DNA of 62,925 nucleotides, counting the filler, from Reticulomyxa filosa (taxonomy: Eukaryota; Protista; Foraminifera): assembly GCA_000512085.1 (NCBI GenBank). It is 18 parts of 18 records of this genome, joined end to end, with 100 filler letters (N's around TTAATTAATTAA, not from the genome) between each part and the next. Parts side by side here need not be neighbours in the genome. Positions count along the whole stretch, not along the records: positions 10,149 to 15,523 come from ASPP01015277.1; positions 15,624 to 16,775 come from ASPP01017259.1; positions 16,876 to 17,999 come from ASPP01028469.1; positions 18,100 to 19,297 come from ASPP01020878.1; positions 19,398 to 20,739 come from ASPP01027815.1; positions 20,840 to 22,234 come from ASPP01013349.1; positions 22,335 to 24,126 come from ASPP01019751.1; positions 24,227 to 36,782 come from ASPP01011508.1; 10 more parts are not named here. The stretch is one strand, 5' to 3'. The notes under the pieces are model-generated. The model saw nothing but the letters and a program-made list of their open reading frames with translations. It had not been told where the DNA came from and made no database searches. A program made the position numbers and the translations under genes. Shown one piece after another: positions 12,869 to 25,987 of this stretch. How positions within the stretch are numbered: the stretch's first letter is position 1; every line of letters starts with the position of its first letter.

Positions 12869-13915
12869 TCATTCAGTTCTGTCATCACCTTTCTCAGACC
12901 CAATCAACAAGGGACTCATCAACACATTGGCCTCTCTTTGAGCATGCCTGCGGTCGACCAAGTACTTCCACAACGCGTACATAACGCCACAGAACATAAT
13001 GGCACCAATAATGACCAATGTCTCAACATAGATCAAGTTGTCATTTGCAACTGTCTCTTGACTACTTTCCGTGGTTGTCACGTCCGGGTTTCTGTCTCCG
13101 GCCAGGTTGAGTGGTGCCACGTGGTCCATTGCAGCTGCCGTGGTCTCACTGGCGCTCTTCGGTTGCAAACGACAATGGACTTTGGCTATCTTATTCTTGT
13201 CGTCTTTGCTATAATGAATCTGCTGATACACTGTCTCCACTTCGATTCTTTCCGTTTCATTGTCACATCGCGCGTCTTACGTAGTCGTTCACAGTATACA
13301 TATACACATATACATGTATATGTAAATATATGTATATATATATATATATATATATTTATATGTACAAATCATCAATACTTTTTTTTTTTTTTTTTTCCAA
13401 AAATTTTTTAAATTTTTTTTAACCCCCTTTTTTTTTTTTTTTTTCTGTCTCTCTGTTTCTTTTCTCCTTTTGCTCCGTTGTTGAAGTTTCAATCGTTAAC
13501 TTTGACAAATATACATAAGTCTTGAAGCACTGATGCCCATGGTTTGCAAGTCCCAAGATACGACGCTTCTTGCAACAAACAAAGACAATTGAAATGGAGA
13601 ACGCCACATTGCTCTTTGCTCCTTCAAATAGCCGTTGAACTTCAACGTGTTGTTGTTGATTTTTGTTGGATATTTCAGTTGGATGCTTTGTGCGCCAACC
13701 CATAATGTAAAGTCCTCGTGTTGCTTGCTGCTTGCCTCTGCCAATGACTGCATCACCCATGAATCCATTGCTAACTCAATATCCATCACATGGCCTGCCA
13801 ACTGTTCACCCAAATCTGCGTCATTGTCCAATTCACTTCCATGCCCAGTTCCATGAATACTTAAAATCAACAATAAACAGACTATACTGCACAAAGCACG
13901 ACTGTAAAGCATCAT
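12869..13915 (-). CDS. Type I membrane protein of unknown function
   Basis: Signal-peptide-like MMLYSRALCSIVCLLLILSIHG, one large microsatellite-rich intron, TM LVIIGAIMFCGVMYALWKYL and a short cytoplasmic tail. Confidence 0.6.
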
Positions 13916-14286
13916 CAATATCCTTTGATGCGATGAAATTATTGCCGAAAAGGGGCAGAATGAACGTGCTTTTTTGAGGTCAGTTCAAAAACCGAGACTA
14001 TCTGAGTGTAAAATTATTGAACATATGTTCTAATGTTACGATTTGATTTTGTTTTAAAATAGGAAAGACAATTTTAAAAAGCATTTATCATCACTTTCTC
14101 ATGATATTTGCTTACTATTTTAGCAAAACAAATAAGACAAACAATGATAAGCGAAAAGTTGATAAAAGAAATTTTGTTTTAAATTTGTTTAGAAGCTGGA
14201 TTGGAGAAGAAGAGAGGAATTGAAACTAGACTGAAGTTATTGAATATCTCTTTAATTGGATTTCAATATATGTATATATTCAAAGT

Positions 14287-14640
14287 CTAGTTTTTTGATG
14301 CTTTTGGTTTCTTTAAAAGGCTGCTTTTTATTAACACCTCATTTTCAAGTTGGGCTTGCTCTTTTTGTTCCCTCTCTTTAATCAGCTCGAGCTCCTTTGT
14401 GATAAATTTTTCACGGTTTTTAGCAGTATTATATGCTGCCTGACAATTGGATATTTCGTTCAATGCATCTTGACACTCTTTAGCTTGCCAAGGCTGTCTA
14501 TTTTTCATGCACTCTCTATATCGTAGCACTGTTGGTTGACATTTTCGGTTAATCCACGTTTGGAATCGGTCTTCCAATGCTCTGCCAAGAAGTTTACCAT
14601 AAGTTTGCAAATATTCTTTGTCTTCTGCTGTATTCTCCAT
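14287..14640 (-). CDS. Twin CX9C protein, Cmc1-like (mitochondrial IMS, cytochrome c oxidase assembly)
   Basis: C-QPTVLRYRE-C, 11-aa spacer, C-QDALNEISN-C, then a charged helical tail; 117 aa, single exon. Confidence 0.72.
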   Translation of the reverse strand: MENTAEDKEYLQTYGKLLGRALEDRFQTWINRKCQPTVLRYRECMKNRQPWQAKECQDALNEISNCQAAYNTAKNREKFITKELELIKEREQKEQAQLENEVLIKSSLLKKPKASKN

Positions 14641-15623
14641 TCAATACGTGCTTGGCTATAAGTTATTTTTTCGCAATGGAAAGGCTTGCACCTGTATTTG
14701 TTTGAAGCCAAGGGAACAGAAAAAGTTCTTCACCAAAAAGCATCAACAGTAGCAGAAATACGTGTAAGAAATACCAGTTTTATTATATATTTTTACCCAA
14801 CATAATTTAACAGGAGTAACTTGATAAGTGTTTTAATACAACTTGATTTAAGATCATTTTGGATATCCCAGTCTCGTTGAGATTTTTAATCTTGTTGTTT
14901 TAAGTGTTTTCACTCTTCTTAAGGCATTTATTTGCTATACATAAATGTTTCAAGTGGTAGCAAAGTAGAAATATAACACAATCCAGTTTTTGTGGAAACT
15001 TTTTTGCAAAAGCCCCTAGATTTATTATTGTTGTTCCCCTGGGCACTACTTGCATTTTACCCTTATTTTGGTCTCACCAACCAAAAGCGGTTATAATATT
15101 GAAATTTGTCGAAAGTTGGGTTGTCTCCATGGTGATTTTTAATCATTTGGCTTGTTTGTACAAAAAAAGTGTTTGTTGTGTATGTACTGGCGACATCAAA
15201 ACAAAACTTTAATGAGTGCTCAGAAAAAAAAAAAAAAATTGAATCAGTTTGATTTCGAGTACCAACCAAGCAAAGAGCTCGCGTGTGAACACACAACAAT
15301 CAAACCAAAAAAGAGTTTCACAAGCCAGGAAGTGAAGGTATTCAAAAGCCGATTTCCCCCCTCTTTGTAAAAAAAAAAAGCATATTAACAAAAAAAAAAC
15401 TTACCCAATTTTATTGAGATTGTCATTTTTTCCTTCCTCCCCCCCCCCCCTCCCCCCTCTCTCCACCCTTTTTTCTTCAGAGTGACAAAGCAAAAAAGTA
15501 AAGAGTGCAGTCCAAAAGAGAAANNNNNNNNNNNNNNNNNNNNNNNNNNNNNNNNNNNNNNNNNNNNTTAATTAATTAANNNNNNNNNNNNNNNNNNNNN
15601 NNNNNNNNNNNNNNNNNNNNNNN

Positions 15624-15661
<38 letters not shown>

Positions 15662-15821
15662 GAGTTAAAGGGGGACACTCCGGAATGAACTTTTTTTGTT
15701 GGCTAATGCTTCCCCCCGATGAAGGGAGAAGCCCCTTCCAACTGAAATATTACAATTGCTTTCACTAAGATTCTTTGTTTGTTTGTTGTTTTTTTTTGAA
15801 ATGGCTGTGTTGTGAACCAGA

Positions 15822-16775
15822 ATGCCGCAGCCTTCTCTGCAAACACAAGAGCTGAAAGACTGGCTAGAAGAGAACAAGTTTGGACAGTTTTTTGAGAAAA
15901 TGTATGATGTTGGCGTGGAGCAATTGGATGATTTGCGTGCACTGCGGACTGAAAATGATGTAATTGAACTGGCAGGTCCCTCTGGGATAAACATGGGCAT
16001 TATTTTCCGAAGAAAGTTCATTCGTGCAGTCTTGAGCTTGTCTGAGTCCGATGTCACGTCGCCCACTGCATCTACGCCGACTCAAACCATTCCAACAGAA
16101 AACAGCCTGTCTGCTGCAATGTACTTTTTGCAAATCAAACAAAAAACTTTTGCGTTTGGTCAATGAGCTTTTGAATATAATGATAATAAATTAATGTTAA
16201 CAAAATATATGTTGCATGTGATTAGAAAGACGTATGGATTGAGCAGAGCAGAGGAGCAAGCGCTCAAGAACTTGGCCTTGGTGCTCAATGAACACACAGA
16301 ACAATTGAAGTTATCTCGTGACGCCTTGCTTAGTTGAGGATACATATGCATTTACATACATATACATACACATATGCATATGTATATGTATATAAATGTT
16401 GGTGTATTGCACGTTAGTTGTTTGAACATTGATAAAGCTTTGATTTTGGTTGTTGCTACTTGTCGTCTTGTCGTCTTAATTCGGTATTCAATAAATCCCA
16501 CAACAGATGTCAACACCCAAGCTCAGGAGGTTCGTCGACAAATAACAGAGCTGTTCGATAAGGCCATGGGGGTGCTGGTTGTGCGCAAAAAACAAATGGA
16601 AAATATAATCAATATGACAGAAGAAGAACAAATGAACGCTTTGAAAACGAGAATCACTCATTTGCAGACTTTTGCAAAGCAGCTTCTCAAAGTTAGATCT
16701 TCTGTTCCCACTACATAACAAAGTGAAAGAATATGTACATATATACATACATATATGTATATGTTGTTGACGGGG
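15822..16775 (+). CDS. SAM-domain protein with coiled coil (3' partial)
   Basis: LKDWLEENKFGQFFEKMYDVGVEQLDDLRAL...INMGIIFRRKFIRAV is a SAM pattern. Downstream exons are heptad-rich. Confidence 0.7.
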
Positions 16776-16956
16776 NNNNNNNNNNNNNNNNNNNNNNNNN
16801 NNNNNNNNNNNNNNNNNNNTTAATTAATTAANNNNNNNNNNNNNNNNNNNNNNNNNNNNNNNNNNNNNNNNNNNNTAGAGTCAATTCAAGAAATTATCGA
16901 TATATCAGTTTCACATTAGGCAATTTCCTGCAAAACATGAAGAATCTCAAAAAACA

Positions 16957-17840
16957 TTAACGACCAAGTAAACCTTCTTTCTTCAACAGTAATAGTACTT
17001 GTGTCAAGAAGTGGTACATGAGACTCAGCCAATTTCTACGGATGTATTTTTTAGTGTTTTCGAGACACTTGAGATTAGAGTCAACAACCAGTTCTGATTC
17101 AACTTTTTCTTTATCTTTGTTGATGGCAGTAAACTGACGATTCAATTCAAACTCTTCTTGCACATTTTTGTCTTCACTCGATCTATCCTTCGGCTGACAA
17201 TTCGAAGAAGGTTCCATTTCCAGATCTTCAGGAATTGTTTTGGATTGTTTCTCCATCAGCATTTCTGCACGCGTTTTTACTATTGAGTCCACATCGCCGA
17301 CGCATGCAAGTAGCCGCATCCCGGTTCGCATCCAAAGTATCTTTTTTCATTCCGTCATCAAATAAGAATGTCTTGTCAATACACCCTACGTTAATATTTC
17401 TTCTCTTTTTTTTCAAAACTAAAACTTTTCAGTGTTTGTACCGTTATCCTTCAAATCTTCCATCGCGTCCATTTGCAATAGAATCAAGTAGCTCCAATCC
17501 AAATCTAACATGTCTGTTTGTCCAATATGGATACGTATATATATTTTTTTAATACACCCAAATTTGGAATGCTTAAAACTGAGAAAATGCTTAAAAAAAA
17601 ACAAACTGGGACTGACCTGTGATTTTGTCTTCAAGCAAGACACAGTCGCCCACTTCGAAGAATACTTCTTCATTGTGGCTTCCATTCTCCAGTTGTTTGA
17701 TAATTGTTTCCCTTGTGACAAACAAGCCATGGCCTTCTTTGGTGGTAAAGGAGTTGTTGTCATCGATAGTGATATTGAATTCGTCTAATCGAATGCTGGA
17801 CCTGACGTCTTCCCAAAAATGGACTTTCCTAATGTATTTG
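16957..17840 (-). CDS. Possible BAH-domain protein fragment (frame-disrupted)
   Basis: FFEVGDCVLL resembles the start of a BAH domain, and DVDSIVKTRAEM...FELNRQF resembles its end. The exons could not be joined without a stop or frameshift. Confidence 0.3.
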
Positions 17841-20144
17841 ATCACACCGCAAAAAGTCAACAGATTGTTTTGTTTTGTTTTTTTTAAGCTGCCAAAAATC
17901 GATATACAATTCAACAAATTAAAAAATGGAAAAAATGCATTTGCATATGTAAAGCATATTTGAAAAAATACCTTTTCTATTGTTAGTTAATTCAACTCGN
18001 NNNNNNNNNNNNNNNNNNNNNNNNNNNNNNNNNNNNNNNNNNNTTAATTAATTAANNNNNNNNNNNNNNNNNNNNNNNNNNNNNNNNNNNNNNNNNNNNT
18101 GATGCAGGCATGATTATGATGATATAATTTCAAAATAAGCCCTTCAATTGAACTGGGAAATTTTTGTGGTGACAGCTCTAATTTTTTGTTTTGTATTAGA
18201 TGGATAGCAAAATAATTGTTTATGCAAAAAAAGGAAAGAGGTTGGCATAATTTCAGTTGAAAATAGATTAAAGTAAATCTTTAACAAAAAAAAACTCTTG
18301 TCCAATTGCTAGAAGATAGAACATTGGCAAAATCGCTTTCACAAACAAAAGTATTGCATCACATGTTTCAAGCAAAAAACGTTATCTATGTTTCTTCAAA
18401 ACTTTCATTATTTTAATTATCGTTTTCTAATGTCTTTATCAATACTAATTTACACTCAAGCTGTTTTAATTTGACTGCATCAAGTGATCCAAACATTCAC
18501 GATATTAGAGCATATCGAATACAAAATAAACAGCTTTTCTTTAGGTTTATTTGATTTACCTGCTGAAAGGTCAATACTCATAAGTTATCGTTAAATATTC
18601 AAGTACATTCTTTTGTTGAGAAAATCCTGTTTTTTAAACAATTCCTGATATAGAAAATTTCGTCTTCAATAAGTGATTTTGAAGAAACTGAAGAATACCA
18701 AAAAGAAAGTAGGACAGTCATAGCTTGTAAATCGCTTAGCTTTCATTTTACTTTTTAATCAAAGTACCCCAAGAAAAAATTCATGCATGTTATCAATTAA
18801 TTGGAATATAGTTTTAATGATAATTGAAATTTGAACATTTGTGGAAGATTGAGTAGTTTATTTTAAATAAGCAATGCATTATCATTTTGTTTCACTTATA
18901 AATGCTGTTTATTTTTAATTCTGGAATTTAGTTGAAGATCATACAAATGATTTGATGTTGTCTAATAAAAAAGTTTGTTGGTAAAAGTAAACATTGACTG
19001 ATACTGAAATGTTCTCAAATGACAATAAATAAATTAAAGATACAAGATCTTTTCAATAGATGAATCTCTTTATGTGCAAAAATGCATACAAGGAGCTCGA
19101 AAGCTTTGGAAATAGCAAGAAAGATGAAATGAAGGATAAAAAAAAAGTGTTAAATTATTCTTTTGATTTGGAGACCGATGAGTTCGATTCTTTTTAACGA
19201 ATGTGTAATTTATTCACTTGGCATTGAAATTAGTTATAAAATATTCTTTTTTTGTTAATGTTTCTTCCCCCTAGTGATAGAGTTTTGATAAAATTTANNN
19301 NNNNNNNNNNNNNNNNNNNNNNNNNNNNNNNNNNNNNNNNNTTAATTAATTAANNNNNNNNNNNNNNNNNNNNNNNNNNNNNNNNNNNNNNNNNNNNAAG
19401 TTATTTTTTAATGGAATTTGAATTGATCCAAGCAGATACTCAAGCATCTTTAAAGAGGTTATTAAGAAAAAAATATTTGGAAATTCCAAAAACGTTCTAG
19501 TTATTGATATAACTGTTAGTTATTAATATTATAATTTATCGATTTTAAAGTAAATGAACTTAAGTTACCAAAAAGATAAAAACTTCAAGTTAATGATGAA
19601 TATAAATAAAGACAATTAAGCATTTGTATAATCAAAACATGCGAATACTAAATAATAATGTAAAAATAGCTAAAAAAAAATCAAATGTGTCAATAGATAT
19701 TACATATAATTAATGGACATGTTGTCTATCTTCAAAATAATATAAACAGCTTTCATTTGAAGGCATAGCTGATTTTTCAAATCATTCATTCTTCAACATA
19801 TTTATATCAAAGTTTATTATAACATTGTTAATTAGAATTAACATTCAAATTGAAAGAACATAGATAATGTTTGCAGTTTTATAAAAATATTTAAAAGATA
19901 ACATGAAATAATCACAATAATTGTTTCAATATGCATGCATTTGATGGATACTAAAACAGCTACAATTAAAACTAAAAAGTGAAATAATTTTTTTAAAAAA
20001 AAAAACGAGTACGTGTAAATTGTATAAGTATATAAAGTAAGGAATTAAAACAAATCAGGAGTCTGAATTTGTTGCATGGAGTTTGCAATGATCATCGGAC
20101 GGATAAATCATGACAAAGACTTAATAGACGAGAGAGGCGAGACT

Positions 20145-20739
20145 TTACACAATTTCGGCAAAATTCATGCGCCACGCATACACAGTGATGGGCTGCGCAA
20201 ATATCATGGAAATGCTAATGGTGATAGCAGCGATGATCACAGGCCAATCTTTGTGGTAGTCATTCAGCAATATGTTACCACACACGCCATCCAAAAAAGT
20301 CAAATAGCCGAAGCCAGCTGCGCAAATGTAGATGAACAAAATAACGCATGACGACCTCCGCAACACTTTTTGCATCCTTGGACGTGACTGTTCCTGCAGC
20401 TCAATATAAATGGGTAGCATATACTGCTGCGCGGTATACGCAAACGCAAACAGCGGGAAGCATATCAAAAACCCTTTCGTGAACTGCCACGTGCTTTCCA
20501 TCTTGAACAGTGTCTGCGTGCGCAAGGTCAAGTTCTTTCGCCACAGACACGTTTCGATCGCCGGATGGCCCTGTGGTTCATTGCATAGATAAAAATACTC
20601 TCCAAAGATCACACAGCCCAAATAAAATGAGCAAGTTATGCCCAACAAGCTCGTGAACTGTAATGCCCCCATTGAGTTCAATAAGCTCAGAGGATAGATT
20701 ACCAGCCATGTTATTGTTATCACAGCCCAAACATAAATA
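20145..20739 (-). CDS. Amino acid transporter (Aa_trans / SLC38-AVT family), internal fragment
   Basis: YPLSLLNSMGALQFTSLLG, FPLFAFAYTAQQYMLPIYIEL, GFGYLTFLDGVCGNILLNDY; multiple TM segments. Confidence 0.88.
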
Positions 20740-20839
20740 NNNNNNNNNNNNNNNNNNNNNNNNNNNNNNNNNNNNNNNNNNNNTTAATTAATTAANNNNN
20801 NNNNNNNNNNNNNNNNNNNNNNNNNNNNNNNNNNNNNNN

Positions 20840-20880
<41 letters not shown>

Positions 20881-21475
20881 TAGCATCATTCTCATCATCG
20901 TTGCTGGCGACAACACGCTTGAAGACACCGTAGATACGTAGATAGTCAACGACATCGACGGCGCGAATGAACAGTTGGCTATGGAAGTCGACGGGATATG
21001 TCGAGGGAAAAAGACGTTGGAATAAAGGATAGACGAGCACGTCTCTCCGAACGACGAGATATTCGTCAATGTCGGCAAAGTAGATCCAGTCCGAGTCATA
21101 TTGGAACGTGTTGATGCAGTGATTGATCTGCGCCTCTTGGAACCACCAGCGTTTGCTGGACAAGGTAAAGTGCCAGGGTATGTACGTGACGAGGTCGGTA
21201 TTGAACTGCAAGTGCGACACCGGAGACCGGAACAGCGTGTCGTACACCAAATAAATGTCGTGTTTTGTGCGCTCATGGATGTGGTCGTATACGTAGAAGT
21301 GATCAAACCCGTGCATGCGATGGTACTCGATCCACTCGAGCAGCTGCAGCATCGCCTGCTGGTTGTCAAAGTACGACGCCAAAGGATGTAATAGCACGCA
21401 CGCACTCATGTGATACTTGCGCGTGCCAAATGTAACCGCAGTGTGAGGAGGTTGATATATAGTTTCAACACGACG

Positions 21476-21507
<32 letters not shown>

Positions 21508-21573
21508 GAGGATATCGTTGTAACCACTCTGAAGTATTTGCTAAATATACAGTTTGTAAAGATGAAATTTTAC

Positions 21574-21631
<58 letters not shown>

Positions 21632-22111
21632 GTCATGATCCACACTTTGATCCAAAAAGTACTTGGGAGGGGTGTTGACAATGAAACACGGACAAACGGG
21701 AATGAACAAACGCAGCTGCATGGCGCTTGCGACGACGTCCTTTCGAACATTCCATTCGAACAGATACACGGCAATGCGAGTGTAGTCGAGACGCTGCTCG
21801 TGCTGAACGCGCAGCTGCTGTTGGACGTGGATGGGCAGGTCGCACTCCAGCAACATCATGGCGCGGGCGACGTGGAGGACCTCAATGGGCCTGGACACCA
21901 CCGTGTCGTTCGTGTTGAACACGCAATAGTATCCGTACTTTTTGTGGTTCAACTCGCGCGTTGGATCGTCTCAAACTCGTAAGGATTGTCGTTGCTGTTC
22001 AAAAAGAACTTGACACTGTTAAAGTCCTCTGTCACTTTCGAAAACCGATATACGATTGATGACAAGTCTTTGCTTAAGTAGTCGATTTTTATCCGTCGTA
22101 ATAATTCTTCG

Positions 22112-22143
<32 letters not shown>

Positions 22144-22159
22144 GTTATTATTATTATTA

Positions 22160-22234
<75 letters not shown>
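20840..22234 (-). CDS. Glycosyltransferase family 92 (DUF23) protein, internal fragment
   Basis: MSACV..., LLEWIEYHRMHGFDHFYVYD, QEAQINHC...SDWIYFADIDEYL (DxD motif); interrupted by poly-Asn tracts. Confidence 0.88.
22115..22234. repeat. (ATT)n/(AAT)n microsatellite (poly-Asn on the minus strand)
   Basis: Long ATT run at the contig end. Similar tracts occur at 20840-20880, 21475-21507, 21575-21630, 30482-30570, 33778-33820 and 43311-43346. Confidence 0.95.
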
Positions 22235-22948
22235 NNNNNNNNNNNNNNNNNNNNNNNNNNNNNNNNNNNNNNNNNNNNTTAATTAATTAANNNNNNNNNN
22301 NNNNNNNNNNNNNNNNNNNNNNNNNNNNNNNNNNTTTTTTTTTTTTTAATGAAAGTGGAAGTAAAAAAAACTTTACAAAAAAAAAGTTCAACAAAGTGTT
22401 CACGCTGTGGTATTTTTACAGCAATTGCATTTTTACTGAACTTACTGTATGTTTATATAAATAAAATGGTACAGTTACATTGCTTTAACATAATTGTTTT
22501 ATAAAATCTCTCTAGTAGCTTTAAAATCCAAAAAAGATTCAAATTAAGATACACACGATAGTGAAACGCATCACAAATAAGCTAATTATTTATTTGTAGG
22601 TACTGTTTTCTGTTGAAATTATGTTTTGTAAAATAAGGAGTGGTTTATCAACAGAGGCAACTAAGTTTTTATGCAATTAACCAGGAACTAATTTAAAAGT
22701 TTGTTTTCATCAGAAATAAAGAAAAAATTGAGTGTCATGAGACGAAGAATGAAATAAAACGAACAAAAAAGATATTTTGGTGCGAGTGTTCAAACACAAA
22801 GGAGCTTTTATGTGGATCAAAAAATATTTTACAATTTATATTTTTTAAAAAAGGTGTATGGCAGAAAAATGTATAACAACAAAAGATAAAAACAATTATT
22901 TAAAATAGTTTTGAAAAAAAGAGGATTGGTACAGCAAGACATAATATT

Positions 22949-24050
22949 TTACTCCTCAGACAACAATACATCAGATTCGAAATGGCTAGAATTGGTGAAT
23001 TTACTTTTTTTATTAGTATGATAATCGTTGTTGTTGTCATTGTCCTTACTGTCGTGATTGGCGTCAGTGGGCATAGGCTCAGCAAGAGGACAAGGAGTGA
23101 CTAAGGAGATACGATCATAGTCGATTTCCAAAGCCTCTTTCAAGTCCGTGGAAGAAGGAAAGAAATGATCAAACAAATTGAATCGTTTCTTGGCAAGCGT
23201 GTCTGCCAAAGACACAGCTTTGACCATGGGTTCAAACTGGTAATTCCAAACGATTTCCTGGGGACAATACGACCACCAAACCTGAAAGTTGTCACTGCTG
23301 GCTTCGTCAATTCCATCGATCACACATACAATTTCCATACGTCGCTCGGTCATGTCCTCCACGCTCAATCGGTACAACGGTGAATAGCGGTCGATTCGAT
23401 GTGTCACTGTCCACGGCAAGCACAGCAGCGGGAGGCTCATTTTCACCGCGCGAATCCGGTCGTATTGTCTGTTCAGCTCAAAGTCTAATTCGTGGATCTC
23501 GTAATCCTCGTACCCATCTCTGCGGCTTTTTCGCTGAAACAACAGCAAGTTCATGTTCCCATCACAAATGCGAGAACGCGGACGTAAATGTGCAACACGA
23601 AAACTTAGGCAAGGGCAATCTGCAATGTATTCGCCTTCTCTATTTATAACAAGTGGAAAAGGGGAGAAGGGAGAAGGGAGAAGAAAAAGGGGAACGAAAT
23701 TTTTTTTTTTTTGAAGTTACGTGGTGGAAAAAAAAATAAACAAAAAAAACAAAAGGGTACATTCTTAAAAAAAAAAAAGTGCATACGATAATTTTCTGAG
23801 TTTTAACGTTGCGCATGTGTTGTATGTGTGTGCAAAAAAAAAAAGACTAAAACACGTAATGAACACTGGTGGAAGGATTTCTGGAGAACGAAGGAGTGGT
23901 GGAGTTAATAACAGCGATGCTGCTGAATAGCATTTGGCGTTTTAGTCGTGAGGGACGCGAAAGCTTCTTAAACACAACACCAGTCAGAGCGATCCAATAT
24001 AATCCGCCGACATAAGACGAGAGATAAACCAACAAGTTTCCATTCGTGCC
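22949..24050 (-). CDS. Inward-rectifier potassium channel (Kir/IRK), M2 helix plus cytoplasmic domain (5' partial)
   Basis: TGVVFKKLSRP...MLFSSIAVI, PCLSFRVAHLR, LPWTVTHRIDRYSPLY, MEIVCVIDGIDE...SYCPQEIVWNYQFEPMV match the Kir C-terminal signatures. Confidence 0.92.
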
Positions 24051-24287
24051 TTTTTTTCAAAAAAAAAAAAAAAAAGTAAATAAATATAATATAATATATA
24101 TATATATATATATATTATATTATATTNNNNNNNNNNNNNNNNNNNNNNNNNNNNNNNNNNNNNNNNNNNNTTAATTAATTAANNNNNNNNNNNNNNNNNN
24201 NNNNNNNNNNNNNNNNNNNNNNNNNNAGGGATAAGTTGCGTTGTGAGGGGGGAGGGAGGAAAAAAAAAAAAAAAAAAAAGGGGGGGT

Positions 24288-24321
<34 letters not shown>

Positions 24322-24392
24322 GTATGCAATTTTTTATATAAATAAAATGTGCGAAATGGTAAAAAGATGACACCAGTTCATCGACTTCATGT

Positions 24393-25696
24393 GTGGCAGA
24401 TAAGTATCACTTTGGCTACGACACAGACACGATAAATCTACTGGAATTTGGGATGTCCTCGCTGAAGACCAATCATTTACCCATTCGTGCGATCCAACAA
24501 TGTGAGTCTTTTTTTGAAAAGCTGCACGCGAAGAGACTGCCCGCGCATGTCAAGAGCGATGAACAAAGTAGTTTACAAACTACAGTGAGACCTTTGTGTT
24601 CGAAGGTGTTCCTGATTGGCAGCGCCATTCATTACGTGGTTTGCGGATTGTTGCGAGACGACGAACACAAGGTCGTTCATTTGGTTTACATCGATCCTCA
24701 AAATTACGATATCCTCCATCGATCTGGCACCTACCTGTTAGAGAAAATTATTGCCGACATGAAATTTACAACTTGGATCCAAATGGGGTGGCAACGTGCC
24801 GATATGGAAAAACTGGCATTTGATTCCTTGACTGGCATTCAAAGCGCGATTGATATGATTGCACAAAGCATTGTTCATTACAATGACCTGTATTTCGCGA
24901 GGAAGCAATTGCTGCGCTTAAATCTAATCGAAGGCTTTCTTCACACCTTTGATATTCATGTACTGACTCCTATGGCCAATAAAATTACCTCTTTAATCAC
25001 TCCGCCTCTTAGTTAAGTGGATCCAAAAAAAAAATATTTTTGTATGCATATATACATATATGTATATGTGTATGGATGGACACATATAAATAATCAAATA
25101 AATAAAAAGATGAAGGCAACAAGATAAACGAAGAAAAAAAAGAGGCGAACGACAATCCTACCGATGGTCTTTTTGTTGGCGTTGCAATACATCACCAAAT
25201 TGAAAAAAATATTAAATGGTTGGACAACAAAGAGGAACATTTTTCTGCACTTGTCGACTCATTGACAAAAAAATTTCACATGTGTATTGACTATACTTTG
25301 GATGTAATCGAAACATTGACTCTCTCTTCGTCGACGGAAGCAATTAAACTAAAAAAAGAGTTTTACCAGTTTGGAGCTCGTCTCATCGAACATTGGTCCC
25401 AAAATTATTATCCCGCTGGCATCATTGACACCAATATTTCCACTATGCTGTCCCGCTTGCAACCACACATTCCTAGTGAAGTTCTCTTGCTTTTGGAGCA
25501 ATGGAACAAATTTATGGCTTTATTTTCTACTGAACAATACCGACTTTTGATGGAAGTGCAAAATGACAGCTTTTGGCTCCGTTTTGCCACCTCTTTCCTT
25601 GTCTTGACTTTTGTTTGTCAACATTCCATAAGATCCTTGAAATTACACCAAAAAAACTCTTCGCACATAAAATTTGCTTTTCAATTTGTTTTTTGA
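24393..25696 (+). CDS. Hypothetical protein (5' partial, two exons seen)
   Basis: Two long open exons (about 24400-25010 and 25110-25696) with globular composition, separated by a (TA)-rich intron. Confidence 0.6.
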
Positions 25697-25987
25697 TTTT
25701 TTTTTTTTAGATTGTCGCCTATTTTTTGAACAAAATGAAGATTATCTTAGCTATCTTTTCGTTTTTTGTAAGCTTTGCTGGAAACATTGCCAAACAAATC
25801 ATAACGATTGGTCATTTGTAATTGCAAGCTCTTCTATATTTTTTGATAGTTAAAATTTTTTCCGTGCGTTGTTCGTGAGCAAAAAGTGCATATAATAAAA
25901 TGGTTGACAGATGTAAGTCACTCAAAAAAGAATATGTTAGCACGTTGGGAAAAGGAGTTTTTTTTTTGATAATCTATCATCCAAAAA

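Noticed and set aside
18100-19297. Possible degraded gene or element in an ORF-free contig (also 56996-58840 and 59900-61500)
   Set aside because: No recognisable protein or RNA motif found on either strand.
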